Below, one piece after another: positions 24,913-33,762 of a stretch of DNA of 42,831 nucleotides. The DNA is taken from positions 10,043-52,873 of the forward strand of contig CAYGOK010000003.1 in assembly GCA_964351585.1 (NCBI GenBank), written 5' to 3'. Under the pieces are notes generated by a model that was not told where the DNA came from, did not search any database, and worked only from the letters and a program-made list of their open reading frames with translations. The position numbers and the translations under genes are program-made. Numbering within the stretch: position 1 is the first letter of the stretch; every line of letters begins with the position of its first letter. This stretch comes from an uncultured Gammaproteobacteria bacterium (GTDB lineage: Bacteria > Patescibacteriota > Patescibacteriia > Patescibacteriales > UBA12465).

Positions 24913-24940
24913 AAAAAAACCGGATTTTACCCGGTTTTTT
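24913..24940 (-). terminator. Weak hairpin plus T-run downstream of mscL
   Basis: aaaaaaaCCGG-attttac-CCGGtttttt. Short GC stem extended by A:T pairs, 30 nt after the mscL stop. Confidence 0.35.
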
Positions 24941-24970
24941 ATGTATTTTCACTCTGTTTAAAATCTTGTC

Positions 24971-25414
24971 TTAGTTTTTTTGTTCTTTTAGAATGTCTCT
25001 AATTTCTGTTAACAATTTCTGTTCTTCGGTAATTTTTGTCACCTTTTCTTCTTTTGCCGCTTCTTCTTCCTTAATTAACCTCTTTTTTACTCTAGTGAGT
25101 AATTTAATCATTAAAAAAATAGAAGAAGCAATGACTAGGAAGTCGAAAATATTTTGTACAAAGGTGCCAACATTCATTATGACAGCTGCCTGAGTAACTT
25201 CGCCGCCCTCATCTAAAATTGCTTGCTTAAGAATAACTTTCCAGCTGGTAAAATTTACTCCGCCTGCCAAAACTCCGATAAGCGGCATAACTATGTCCGC
25301 CACGAGTGAAGAGACAATCTTGCCAAAAGCGCCACCGATAATAACGGCAACTGCCAAATCAACAACATTACCCTTCACGGCAAACTCGCGAAATTCTCGC
25401 CAATATTTTTTCAT
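24971..25414 (-). CDS. mscL: Large-conductance mechanosensitive channel
   Basis: [40 protein letters not shown] is the MscL signature. 147 aa, two TM helices. Confidence 0.9.
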   Translation of the reverse strand: MKKYWREFREFAVKGNVVDLAVAVIIGGAFGKIVSSLVADIVMPLIGVLAGGVNFTSWKVILKQAILDEGGEVTQAAVIMNVGTFVQNIFDFLVIASSIFLMIKLLTRVKKRLIKEEEAAKEEKVTKITEEQKLLTEIRDILKEQKN

Positions 25415-25426
25415 ATATTTAGATAA

Positions 25427-27958
25427 TTAAACCCAAGTTACTCCGGCTACCTGATCAGAGGCCTCTTTGAAGCGCATGACACGAACACCTTGAGTATCGC
25501 GACCTAAAATACTAACGGTCTTAAATGGCGTACGAATAACTTGTCCCTTTTCAGAAATAACAATTAAATCCTTGCCATCCATATTATCTGCATTAACCAA
25601 GAAAGCGTTGGTGATATCTCCCGTCTTGTCAGTCACCTTAGCTGTCTTAATGCCGCTACCGCCACGACCCTGAACTTTATAAGCATTGAGCTCGGTCCGC
25701 TTGCCATATCCCTTGGCCATGATAGTAATAATCTGATAGTTACGTTTACGCTCCTTATCAGTCTTAGCTATTCCCATGCCAATAACTGTGTCATTCTTAT
25801 GTAATCTAATACCAATCACACCAGCCGCCGAACGGCCCATGTCGCGAACATCCGTTTCCTTAAAACGAATTGCTTGACCCTGGGCTGTTACAAGCTGAAT
25901 ATGATCACTGCCGGAAGTTGGTTTAACCCAGGTCAACTTATCATCGTCTTTTATTTTAATTGCAATTAGTCCGCTACGTCTTACATTCTTAAAGGCTTCT
26001 AGTTCTACTTTTTTAACTAAGCCTTTTTCCGTAGCGAAAAATAAATACTTACTAAATACCGCTTTATCTAAAGGTAAAATAGAAGAAACTTGTTCACCGC
26101 TTAGTAGTTGCAGGAAGTTTACCACTGGCGTACCTTTGGCAATACGAGAAGCTTGAGGAATTTCATAAACCTTTAACTGAAAGACTCTGCCTTTAGTTGT
26201 AAAGAAAAGAATATCGTTATGCGTCAAGCTGGTAAACATGAATTGAACCGTGTCTTCTTCTTTGGTTGTTAACCCCATAACACCCTTACCGCCACGAGCC
26301 TGAACCTTAAAAGTATCTGGCTCTAAGCGTTTGATATAACCATCCCTGGTCATTGTTACCACAGTCTCTTCATTAGGAACTAGGTCTTCCATGCTAAATT
26401 CGCCAACGCCTCCTGCTACAACAGCGGTCTTACGGTCGTCGCCATATTTTTCTGCCAAAGCCTTTAGTTCATCTTTAACAATGCTACGAATCTTAGTAAT
26501 TGATTTCAAAATGCTTTCTAATTCTTTAATCAAAAGAAGCTTTTCTTTCAATTCTTCCTCAACCCTGAGCTGTTCTAGGTTGGCTAAATTCTGCAGACGC
26601 ATCTCCAAAATCGCCACCGACTGTCTTTCTGATAATTTAAACTTCTTAATCAAATTTCCCTTAGCAGTTTCTCTGTCTTTAGAAGCTTTAATAGTTTTAA
26701 TAACCTCATCAATATTCTTTAAGGCAATCATTAAGCCTTCAAGAATGTGCGCTCTATCTTTAGCTTTATCCAAATCAAACTGAGTGCGACGCTTTACCAC
26801 TTCAACGCGATGCTTGATATACTCTTCCAAAATCATCTTCAAAGTTAAAACTTTTGGTTGAATGCCATCAATTAAGGCCAGCATATTCAAGTGGAAAGTG
26901 GTTTGCAGGCTGGTGTGTTTATATAAAGAATTGAGAATCTTCTTAGGGTAAGTATCTTTTTTAAGTTCAATCACAATACGGACACCGTCCTTATCAGATT
27001 CGTCGCGCAAAGCTTTAATTCCTTCTACTTTTTTATCTTTAACTAAGTCCGCAATCTTTTCTACTAAATCAGATTTATTAACCTGATAAGGAATTTCGGA
27101 AATAATAATTTGAAAGCCACCAGACTTTTCTTCAATAATTTCAGCTTTACCACGTAAAACGACACCGCCGCGACCAGTCGCGTAAGCAGTTAAAATGTCC
27201 TTCTTATTATATATAATACCACCAGTTGGAAAATCTGGACCCTTAACAAATTGCATCAAGTCCTCAATGCTTGCATCAGGATTTTCAGCTAAATGCTCAA
27301 TCGCACCCGCTAATTCTCTTAAATTATGAGGCGGAATATTGGTCGCCATACCAACCGCAATACCCATTGTGCCGTTTAAAAGTAGATTCGGTAATTTAGC
27401 CGGTAAAACTCTTGGCTCTTTATGGCTGCCATCAAAATTAGGAATAAAATCAACTGTATTTTTATCAATATCAAACAACATTTCTTCAGAAATCGCCGAT
27501 AGTTTGGCTTCGGTATAACGCATCGCCGCCGCATTATCACCGTCCATTGAACCGAAGTTTCCTTGACCACGAACAAGTGGGTAACGCATCGCGAAATCTT
27601 GAGCCATTCTAACCATTGAATCATAAACAGCCGAATCGCCATGAGGATGATATTTACCTAAAACTTCACCGACCACAGTCGCTGATTTTCTAAATTTTGC
27701 ACTCGACTTTAAACCAATACTCCACATCGCATATAGAATACGACGATGAACCGGCTTTAAACCATCGCGAACATCAGGAAGAGCACGTGAAACAATAACG
27801 CTCATCGCGTAATCAAGATAAGACTTACTCATCTCTTCAGTAATTGGCTGATCTTCAACAATACCAAATTCTGTCTGACGACGAGAGTTCCCCAGCGGGG
27901 CATCATCTTCAGGAATAATTTGTGGTTCTTTTATTTCTTCATTATCTTTGTTAGGCAT
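25427..27958 (-). CDS. gyrA: DNA gyrase subunit A
   Basis: [32 protein letters not shown] (catalytic Tyr) and C-terminal beta-pinwheel repeats. I found no canonical GyrA-box (QRRGGKG-type) by eye. The closest segments, [10 protein letters not shown] and [10 protein letters not shown], sit in internal blades and resemble ordinary blade motifs, so a GyrA versus ParC-like assignment rests on overall similarity only. 843 aa. Confidence 0.9.
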   Translation of the reverse strand: MPNKDNEEIKEPQIIPEDDAPLGNSRRQTEFGIVEDQPITEEMSKSYLDYAMSVIVSRALPDVRDGLKPVHRRILYAMWSIGLKSSAKFRKSATVVGEVLGKYHPHGDSAVYDSMVRMAQDFAMRYPLVRGQGNFGSMDGDNAAAMRYTEAKLSAISEEMLFDIDKNTVDFIPNFDGSHKEPRVLPAKLPNLLLNGTMGIAVGMATNIPPHNLRELAGAIEHLAENPDASIEDLMQFVKGPDFPTGGIIYNKKDILTAYATGRGGVVLRGKAEIIEEKSGGFQIIISEIPYQVNKSDLVEKIADLVKDKKVEGIKALRDESDKDGVRIVIELKKDTYPKKILNSLYKHTSLQTTFHLNMLALIDGIQPKVLTLKMILEEYIKHRVEVVKRRTQFDLDKAKDRAHILEGLMIALKNIDEVIKTIKASKDRETAKGNLIKKFKLSERQSVAILEMRLQNLANLEQLRVEEELKEKLLLIKELESILKSITKIRSIVKDELKALAEKYGDDRKTAVVAGGVGEFSMEDLVPNEETVVTMTRDGYIKRLEPDTFKVQARGGKGVMGLTTKEEDTVQFMFTSLTHNDILFFTTKGRVFQLKVYEIPQASRIAKGTPVVNFLQLLSGEQVSSILPLDKAVFSKYLFFATEKGLVKKVELEAFKNVRRSGLIAIKIKDDDKLTWVKPTSGSDHIQLVTAQGQAIRFKETDVRDMGRSAAGVIGIRLHKNDTVIGMGIAKTDKERKRNYQIITIMAKGYGKRTELNAYKVQGRGGSGIKTAKVTDKTGDITNAFLVNADNMDGKDLIVISEKGQVIRTPFKTVSILGRDTQGVRVMRFKEASDQVAGVTWV

Positions 27959-27980
27959 ATTATCATCAAACTATTACAAA

Positions 27981-28430
27981 CTAATAAGCGATTTGGGTAA
28001 TTTCTTCACAGCCAACCGGAATCTGACATGGTCTCGGCTCACCAATTGATGGCATGCAGTTAATCCACTCCGGACAATTTGTGTTTATATCTGGCGCTAT
28101 AGGCATTTCTGGCATTTCTGGCGTTACTGGCAACATAATCTCCTCAGAAGAAGAGGCTGACTCCTCAACTTCTTCAATTAATTCATTTAGCATTTCACCT
28201 GCATCATCCTTAAGTTGAGAATTTTCTTCCAACTTTTTTTCTAGCTCACCCAAAGATGCATTAATTTCTTCTTTAACTATTCCCAAATCAACATCCTTAT
28301 TTGAACTAGATGGCCAAACATTCTTGAGATTATAAGCCCAAAAAGCAAAAATTAAAGCAGCTAAAATAATAACTAGCGGCCATAACATTTGTTTTTTCTT
28401 GCTTTCTGACCATTTGTCTTCGTGTGCCAT
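27981..28430 (-). CDS. Hypothetical membrane-anchored acidic protein with C-terminal 4-Cys segment
   Basis: One TM helix (LWPLVIILAALIFAFWAY), an acidic low-complexity stretch, then NCPEWINCMPSIGEPRPCQIPVGCEE. Tightly packed between ndk and gyrA. Confidence 0.5.
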   Translation of the reverse strand: MAHEDKWSESKKKQMLWPLVIILAALIFAFWAYNLKNVWPSSSNKDVDLGIVKEEINASLGELEKKLEENSQLKDDAGEMLNELIEEVEESASSSEEIMLPVTPEMPEMPIAPDINTNCPEWINCMPSIGEPRPCQIPVGCEEITQIAY

Positions 28431-28442
28431 ATTTTTATATTT

Positions 28443-29045
28443 TTATTCTTTAATACCATCCAAGTTCACATCGTACAAAATACTTTCCATAAACAAGCGA
28501 TATTTCAAAATCTCTTCTTCGGTAAACCAAATCTTTATTTCTCTTTCTGCTTCTTCCGCTTGGTCTGAGCAATGAATCAAGTTACGAACAGCGCGTTCAT
28601 CCAGGTTTGCTAAGCCAAAAGAGTCGATTGTATAATCACCGCGGATAGTACCGCCATCAGAAGATAAGGGCTCAGTTGAACCAACTAATTTTTTTACAAT
28701 ACCAACGGATTGATTTCCCTCCCAAATCATCGGCACAACTGGACCACAAGTCATAAATTTAACTAAAGCACCAATAATGTCTCGTCCGTATTCGATCGCT
28801 TCTTTTTCAACCGGCATACCAGCCGCTTTTCTATTTTCTACAGTTAAGTCACCCTTTTTTTGATACCATTCATCATCCTTATTATAATGAGTCCAGCATT
28901 GTTCTTCGGTCGCCATGTCCATTTTTAAGGCTACTAATTTCAAGCCAGTACTTTCTATTCTTTTAATAATCTCACCAATTAAACCACGTTGCACTGCATC
29001 TGGTTTCAGGATAACTAGGGTTCTTTCTTTCTTAGGGTTTGTCAT
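28443..29045 (-). CDS. ndk: Nucleoside diphosphate kinase, long variant (200 aa) with internal insertions and a C-terminal extension
   Basis: ERTLVILKPDAVQRGLIGEIIKRIE, FMTCGPVVPMIWEG, TIRGDY and the catalytic His in NLIHCSD. About 30 extra residues after HYNK, plus a tail of about 20 aa. Confidence 0.8.
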   Translation of the reverse strand: MTNPKKERTLVILKPDAVQRGLIGEIIKRIESTGLKLVALKMDMATEEQCWTHYNKDDEWYQKKGDLTVENRKAAGMPVEKEAIEYGRDIIGALVKFMTCGPVVPMIWEGNQSVGIVKKLVGSTEPLSSDGGTIRGDYTIDSFGLANLDERAVRNLIHCSDQAEEAEREIKIWFTEEEILKYRLFMESILYDVNLDGIKE

Positions 29046-29054
29046 AAGTTTTAT

Positions 29055-29699
29055 TTAAATGCTTAATATTATTAATTCCATATCTTCTTGAGGAAGATCC
29101 TTTTTAGAAATTTTTAACTTTTCTTCGTAAACAGGCTCGATTCCTAATTCTTTAATAAACTTTTCCAAAGAATCGAGTTCAATTGTTAGGCCTTCAGTTT
29201 TATAATGCATAGGAATAACTATGCGCGGCTCAATCTGGGAAATGACCTCAACTGCGCCTTTAGCATCAAGGGTGTACTTGCCGCCAACTGGAATAAGTAA
29301 AATATCGGTACCAACTAATTTTTCTAACTGAGAATTATCAAGTGGTGCTCCTAAATCACCAAGATGAGCAACCGAAATGTCGTCTATCTCCATCCTATAC
29401 ATAATATTACGACCTCTCTCGGAGCCATTTTTGTCATCATGAAATGAATCGATGCCCTCTACTAAAACGCCCTTGAAATCATATTCACCCGCGCAATCAA
29501 TCACAAAAGGGTTGCCGCGCAAGGCGCCAACATTGTTATGATCGTCGTGATTATGAGATACGGTCACAATATCTGCCTCAAAATTAGGCACTTTTAAACC
29601 AATATCCTTACCAAATGGATCAGTTACTACCGTTACCCCGTCTGAACCGACTTTGTCTTGAATTTTAAAGCAGGAATGTCCTTGCCAAGTAATCATCAT
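29055..29699 (-). CDS. MBL-fold metal-dependent hydrolase (UPF0173-like)
   Basis: MMITWQGHSCFKI, VSHNHDDHNN and HLGDLG. The track start at 29714 is a TTG; I prefer ATG 29699 (29696 is also possible). Confidence 0.75.
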   Translation of the reverse strand: MMITWQGHSCFKIQDKVGSDGVTVVTDPFGKDIGLKVPNFEADIVTVSHNHDDHNNVGALRGNPFVIDCAGEYDFKGVLVEGIDSFHDDKNGSERGRNIMYRMEIDDISVAHLGDLGAPLDNSQLEKLVGTDILLIPVGGKYTLDAKGAVEVISQIEPRIVIPMHYKTEGLTIELDSLEKFIKELGIEPVYEEKLKISKKDLPQEDMELIILSI

Positions 29700-29743
29700 A
29701 TGAGTATAAAACAATAAAAATTGGGCTGATTTACCCTACTTTG

Positions 29744-29752
29744 ATTATAACA
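29744..29752 (-). promoter_or_regulatory. Candidate extended -10 (TGTTATAAT) for the hydrolase-ndk-gyrA transcription unit
   Basis: The plus strand reads attataaca. It lies downstream of the terminator at 29832-29860 and about 45 nt upstream of ATG 29699. Confidence 0.4.
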
Positions 29753-29831
29753 GAGCAAACTAACCAGGTCAACCAGATGTAAGTGTCTTTAATAGTTTTA
29801 CTCCTTGAAAATCATATTTAATATTAGCAAT

Positions 29832-29860
29832 AAAAAAGGACCCGGGGTTGAGGCGGGTCC
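29832..29860 (-). terminator. Rho-independent terminator of the 326-aa secreted-protein gene
   Basis: Minus strand: GGACCCG-cctcaaccc-CGGGTCC followed by TTTTTT, 54 nt after the stop at 29914. Confidence 0.75.
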
Positions 29861-29913
29861 TAAATATCTTTCTGATATTTTATTAAACTTCAGGGAACGT
29901 TTACCTGGTTAAA

Positions 29914-30894
29914 TTACCGGCTGAAATTTGTAATCACGATATTGTCGCGATTGACTGTTATTTGGTCAACCCCGGCTTTACCGCGAGCCATCATTGGCCT
30001 ACGAAGATCGTTAACCAATAGAATTAGGATTGCCTGAGTTGGCAGTCCGGCAGCGTCTTTATATTGGATTGGTAAAATATTCCAACCCAAGTATAATTCC
30101 AATTTTGTTGGTGCATTGGCAGGAATAACGGTGCCACGAGAAGCACCTTCAGCGATAATGAAATCAAATGGTAATTTAGATACCAATATTTTCTTGATTT
30201 CTTTGCCACTATTGGCTTGCATAATATCCTCCGCCTTGAACTCAAACTCTGTTTGGCCCTCAGTGATAATCTTGTTAACCAGTGCCCAGGAAAAATTAAT
30301 CCCGGTTTTAGTTTCACCATCTTTCTCGGCGACCAGAAACACGGGAAATAAAATTTCCCCAGTCTTTAAGGTAATTTGTTTTTCAGATGCTTGACCTGCT
30401 TTTAAGGCTAGTCCTCGGAATGGTTCCGAAGGCACGAAAATACTATAACCCTCAAGACTGTTTTTCGGAGATACGGTAACATAGGCCCACCAGTCACCTG
30501 AGGCAACATCTTTCATTCCGGTATAATCTATAGCCGGCATCGATTGCGTTTCTGGCATTGTTGCTTCATTGGCATTTGAACGCCTACTAGTACGCTGTTC
30601 GCCATCAGTTGAGAGGTCACGAATTGTGATGCGATTGCCGCGCTCTATCGGGCGAGTTAATGATACTGGTCCGACTTTTTCCTGGCCAACGAAATATTCG
30701 TTAACCTGAAAAGAAGCAACTCCATCGCTAACATCCATACTAACTCCAACAATTTCCTTTGAAGGCACGTTAATGCCGTTCACCTTCATTATCGAATTGG
30801 TAGCGTTGGCCACCTGTACAGTCTGCTTCTGAGCCAAAAGACTCAGCGGGAAAACCACTCCGCAAATCAAAAGTAAAAAAATTAACTTTTTCAT
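29914..30894 (-). CDS. Secreted hypothetical protein (326 aa), monocistronic
   Basis: Sec-type signal peptide MKKLIFLLLICGVVFPLSLLAQ|K. No family recognised. It has its own promoter and terminator and looks more GC-rich than its neighbours by eye. Confidence 0.7.
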   Translation of the reverse strand: MKKLIFLLLICGVVFPLSLLAQKQTVQVANATNSIMKVNGINVPSKEIVGVSMDVSDGVASFQVNEYFVGQEKVGPVSLTRPIERGNRITIRDLSTDGEQRTSRRSNANEATMPETQSMPAIDYTGMKDVASGDWWAYVTVSPKNSLEGYSIFVPSEPFRGLALKAGQASEKQITLKTGEILFPVFLVAEKDGETKTGINFSWALVNKIITEGQTEFEFKAEDIMQANSGKEIKKILVSKLPFDFIIAEGASRGTVIPANAPTKLELYLGWNILPIQYKDAAGLPTQAILILLVNDLRRPMMARGKAGVDQITVNRDNIVITNFSR

Positions 30895-30966
30895 GATTAA
30901 TTATTTTTTTGGTTATTATTTAATTTTCAATGATCTCTTGAATCAAAATTACTATTTTGACCTAAA

Positions 30967-30995
30967 ACTATATCATTTATAAATACTTTTGTCAA
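30967..30995 (-). promoter_or_regulatory. Sigma-70-type promoter: -35 TTGACA, 17-nt spacer, -10 TATAGT
   Basis: Minus strand: TTGACA (30995-30990), aaagtatttataaatga, TATAGT (30972-30967). It lies about 70 nt upstream of ATG 30894. Confidence 0.5.
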
Positions 30996-31016
30996 TATTT
31001 TAGCGATTATGGGGTG

Positions 31017-31850
31017 TTATTTAATATTAGCCAAATTTACCTTAAATTTAACCGTTCCCAGCTCATCGGTTCGCAAAATCTTTATTTTTAGAAAGTCGGC
31101 AATTTCTAGAAATTCAGACGATGGATGGTTAAAGCGATTATTGATGCCGACTGGCACCACTATCGATTGGGGGTTAACCATCCTCAAAAAGTTCTCCTGA
31201 TTAGAAGTTTTAGAACCATGATGAGAGGCCTTAAAAATAGTAGCCGACAAATCATTATCAGAAAACAGCAAACTTTCTTCTACCTCCTTTTCATTATCAC
31301 CAGAAAACAAAAAAGTGTGTTGTTTGCAAGTTAGCTTTACAATTAATGAATTATTACTATCTTCTTTTACTCCCAAGCTAAGTGGATTGATAAATAATAA
31401 ATTACAATTATTATTCAATTTCAGATTTGCCTTATTCTCAATTTCTAACAAAGCTACTTGTTGCACTCTTGCCTTGGCAAGCAAATATTCTCCTAAAGTA
31501 TGTTTATTCAGATTGGTCGCAAAAATAATCTTCTCAACTCTGTATCTTTCTAGCACCGAAATTAGTCCGATAATATGATCGTCATGAAAATGACTGATAA
31601 CAATAAAATTAATTTTTCTTCGAAATGGTGGCAACTCTTCACCGAGACGATTTAAAATTAAATTATCCGGACCACCATCAATTAAAATATTTTTTCCAGC
31701 CGGAAGTTCTATGAGACTAGCGTCACCTTGCCCGACATCTAAAAAAGAAACTTCAAGAAATTTATTTTTTCCAGCTTGCTTCCATGCTAACAACAAAACA
31801 AACAACAAGGCACACAATAAAATAATTTTTACCGCTCTTTTTATTCTCAT
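31017..31850 (-). CDS. ComEC/Rec2-type metallo-beta-lactamase domain protein, standalone with N-terminal TM anchor (no competence channel domain)
   Basis: VSFLDVGQGDASLIELPAGKNILIDGGP, ISHFHDDHIIGL, FSGD and KASHHGSKTS match the C-terminal MBL domain of ComEC. Only one N-terminal TM helix is present. Confidence 0.75.
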   Translation of the reverse strand: MRIKRAVKIILLCALLFVLLLAWKQAGKNKFLEVSFLDVGQGDASLIELPAGKNILIDGGPDNLILNRLGEELPPFRRKINFIVISHFHDDHIIGLISVLERYRVEKIIFATNLNKHTLGEYLLAKARVQQVALLEIENKANLKLNNNCNLLFINPLSLGVKEDSNNSLIVKLTCKQHTFLFSGDNEKEVEESLLFSDNDLSATIFKASHHGSKTSNQENFLRMVNPQSIVVPVGINNRFNHPSSEFLEIADFLKIKILRTDELGTVKFKVNLANIK

Positions 31851-31856
31851 AACAGC

Positions 31857-31865
31857 ATTATAACA
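31857..31865 (-). promoter_or_regulatory. Candidate extended -10 (TGTTATAAT) ending 6 nt upstream of the ComEC-like ATG (possible leaderless mRNA)
   Basis: The plus strand reads attataaca at 31857-31865. The ATG is at 31850-31848 and no SD lies between them. Confidence 0.35.
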
Positions 31866-31918
31866 ATATACAGATAAACGCTGCCTAAATTTTTCTTTAA
31901 TTATGCTTAAAAACTATA

Positions 31919-31947
31919 CAAAAACCGTCCTGATTCCGCAGGACGGT
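31919..31947 (-). terminator. Rho-independent terminator of the histone-like gene
   Basis: 9-bp stem ACCGTCCTG/CAGGACGGT (31924-31932 / 31939-31947) with a 6-nt loop, followed on the minus strand by TTTTT. Confidence 0.7.
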
Positions 31948-32001
31948 CTTTGTATAATTTTCAAATTAATAAAATCTATTATCACTAATAAACTTTAAAA
32001 A

Positions 32002-32166
32002 TTACTTTTTCTTAGCAGCCTTTTTCTTAGCAGCTGGTTTCTTAGCAACCTTCTTAGGGGCAGCTTTCTTGACAGCCTTCTTGACGACCTTCTTTACGGC
32101 CTTCTTGACGACTTTCTTTTTAGCAACCGGCTTTTTAGCGGCGACTTTTTTTGCAGTTTTTTTCAT
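32002..32166 (-). CDS. Small Lys/Ala-rich histone H1-like / nucleoid-associated-type basic protein (54 aa), absent from the ORF track
   Basis: My translation: MKKTAKKVAAKKPVAKKKVVKKAVKKVVKKAVKKAAPKKVAKKPAAKKKAAKKK*. GGAGG (32180-32176) lies 9 nt upstream of ATG 32166. The gene has its own extended -10 and a strong terminator. Confidence 0.7.
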   Translation of the reverse strand: MKKTAKKVAAKKPVAKKKVVKKAVKKVVKKAVKKAAPKKVAKKPAAKKKAAKKK

Positions 32167-32248
32167 AATATATCACCTCCTTTCTTGAAAAATTTTTTTC
32201 TACAGAGTTGTGATAAGAAAAAATTTTTAAAAAATTTCCTACACTTAT

Positions 32249-32256
32249 ATTATACA
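32249..32256 (-). promoter_or_regulatory. Candidate extended -10 (TGTATAAT) for the histone-like gene
   Basis: The plus strand reads attataca. It lies between the glyQS terminator and the SD of the small gene. A TTGACA at 32290-32285 is too far away (28-nt spacer) to serve as its -35. Confidence 0.4.
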
Positions 32257-32295
32257 GCTAATAAAAATAACACGCAATAGTTTTTGTCAAAATTT

Positions 32296-32336
32296 TAAAA
32301 AAAATTCCTTCCTGACATTTCTGCGAGGAAGGAATT
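32296..32336 (-). terminator. Rho-independent terminator of the argS-glyQS unit
   Basis: 11-bp stem AATTCCTTCCT/AGGAAGGAATT (32303-32313 / 32326-32336) with a 12-nt loop and a T-run on the minus strand, 16 nt after the glyQS stop. Confidence 0.7.
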
Positions 32337-32351
32337 CTTCTTTTTCTAATT

Positions 32352-33740
32352 TTAATTTATCGCTTGGCGAAAAAATTTTTCTAGTTCTGATATTTTTATT
32401 CTCTCTTGTTTCATTGTGTCGCGGTAACGAATAGTAACATCATCATTTTCTAAACTATCGAAATCAATTGTTAAACAAAATGGTGTGCCGATTTCATCTT
32501 GGCGGCGATATCTCTTACCGATGTTGCCATTATCATCAAACTCACAGCGCCAATCTTTCTTTAAAGCATCAAACACCGCTTTCGCTTTAGCAACTAACTC
32601 TGGCTTATTCTTTAACAATGGAAAAACAGCAATTTTAATCGGCGCCAATTTAGGTGAAAATCCTAAAACTACGCGAATTTCTCCTTCAAGCTCTTCTTCA
32701 CGATAAGCTTCACTTAAAACCGCAAGAAAAGTTCGACCAACGCCGGCCGAGGTTTCAACTATATGAGGAATAAATTTTTCATTAGTAGTTGGATCCAAAT
32801 AATTAAGTTCTTGTCCGGAAAATTTGCTGTGCTGAGACAAATCGTAATCACCACGTGCATGAACACCTTCTAATTCTTTAAACCCGAACGGGAAATTGTA
32901 TTCAATATCATAAGCTTCTTTGGCATAGAAAACTAAATTCTCATGTTTATGCCAGCGCAAATTTTCTGGCTTAATACCAAGGCTCAAGTAAAAATCGAAT
33001 CTAACTTCTCTCCATTTCTCAAAATGCTCCATATCATCTCCCGGCTTTACGAAATATTGCATTTCCATTTGTTCAAACTCTCGCGTTCGGAAAATAAATT
33101 GACGCGCAGTAATCTCGTTACGAAAAGCTTTTCCAATCTGAGCTATACCAAAAGGAATCTTAACACGGGCAGTATCAACTACATTCTTAAAATTAACATA
33201 GATGCCCTGACAGGTTTCACCGCGCAGATAAGTTGGCTCCTTAGTCCAGTCACCAGTAAAATTACCTAGATTTGATTGCACTAATAAATTAAATTTCTTA
33301 CCGGGGGTAAAATCTTGAGCACCACAATTAGGACATTTTATCTTGCTACGATTAGTTTCGAAAATCTTGTTTATTTCATCTTCTGACATTTTTTCATCCG
33401 CAAATACGCCTGCTTCCTCTAATAAAGAATCAAGACGTAAGCGCCCATGACACTTGCGACATTCGGTTAACGGATCAGAAAATCCTTTTACATGACCAGA
33501 TGCTTCCCAAATCTTTGGACTCATAAAAATTGCTGAGTCAAGACCAACTACATCATCCCGGAGCTGAGTCATGGCTTTCCACCATTCCTTCTTAATATTA
33601 TTAGAGAGTTCGACTCCGTAAGGACCGAAATCATAGATAGCCGTAAAACCATCATAAATTTCTGATGATGGAAACACAAAACCACGACGCTTAGCTAGCG
33701 CCACAATTTTATCCATTTTTTTATCTACTTCCTTTTTCAT
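32352..33740 (-). CDS. glyQS: Glycine--tRNA ligase (homodimeric alpha2 type)
   Basis: IVALAKRRGFVFPSSEIYDG..YDFGPYGVELSNNIKKEWW, FRNEITARQFIFRTREFEQMEMQYF and VETSAGVGR, plus a C-terminal anticodon-binding domain. Confidence 0.9.
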   Translation of the reverse strand: MKKEVDKKMDKIVALAKRRGFVFPSSEIYDGFTAIYDFGPYGVELSNNIKKEWWKAMTQLRDDVVGLDSAIFMSPKIWEASGHVKGFSDPLTECRKCHGRLRLDSLLEEAGVFADEKMSEDEINKIFETNRSKIKCPNCGAQDFTPGKKFNLLVQSNLGNFTGDWTKEPTYLRGETCQGIYVNFKNVVDTARVKIPFGIAQIGKAFRNEITARQFIFRTREFEQMEMQYFVKPGDDMEHFEKWREVRFDFYLSLGIKPENLRWHKHENLVFYAKEAYDIEYNFPFGFKELEGVHARGDYDLSQHSKFSGQELNYLDPTTNEKFIPHIVETSAGVGRTFLAVLSEAYREEELEGEIRVVLGFSPKLAPIKIAVFPLLKNKPELVAKAKAVFDALKKDWRCEFDDNGNIGKRYRRQDEIGTPFCLTIDFDSLENDDVTIRYRDTMKQERIKISELEKFFRQAIN

Positions 33741-33762
33741 ATAAATTAATTAATTCCTGAAA

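Noticed and set aside
24851-24970. Promoter for rmuC (TTGTCA and TATAAT-like hexamers).
   Set aside because: The spacing between the candidate boxes is wrong (26 nt, or a poor -10). I could not support a specific call.
30024-30394. 98-aa minus-strand and 92-aa plus-strand ORFs inside the secreted-protein gene.
   Set aside because: Both are embedded in alternative frames of the longer ORF that carries a signal peptide. They have no motifs or expression signals.
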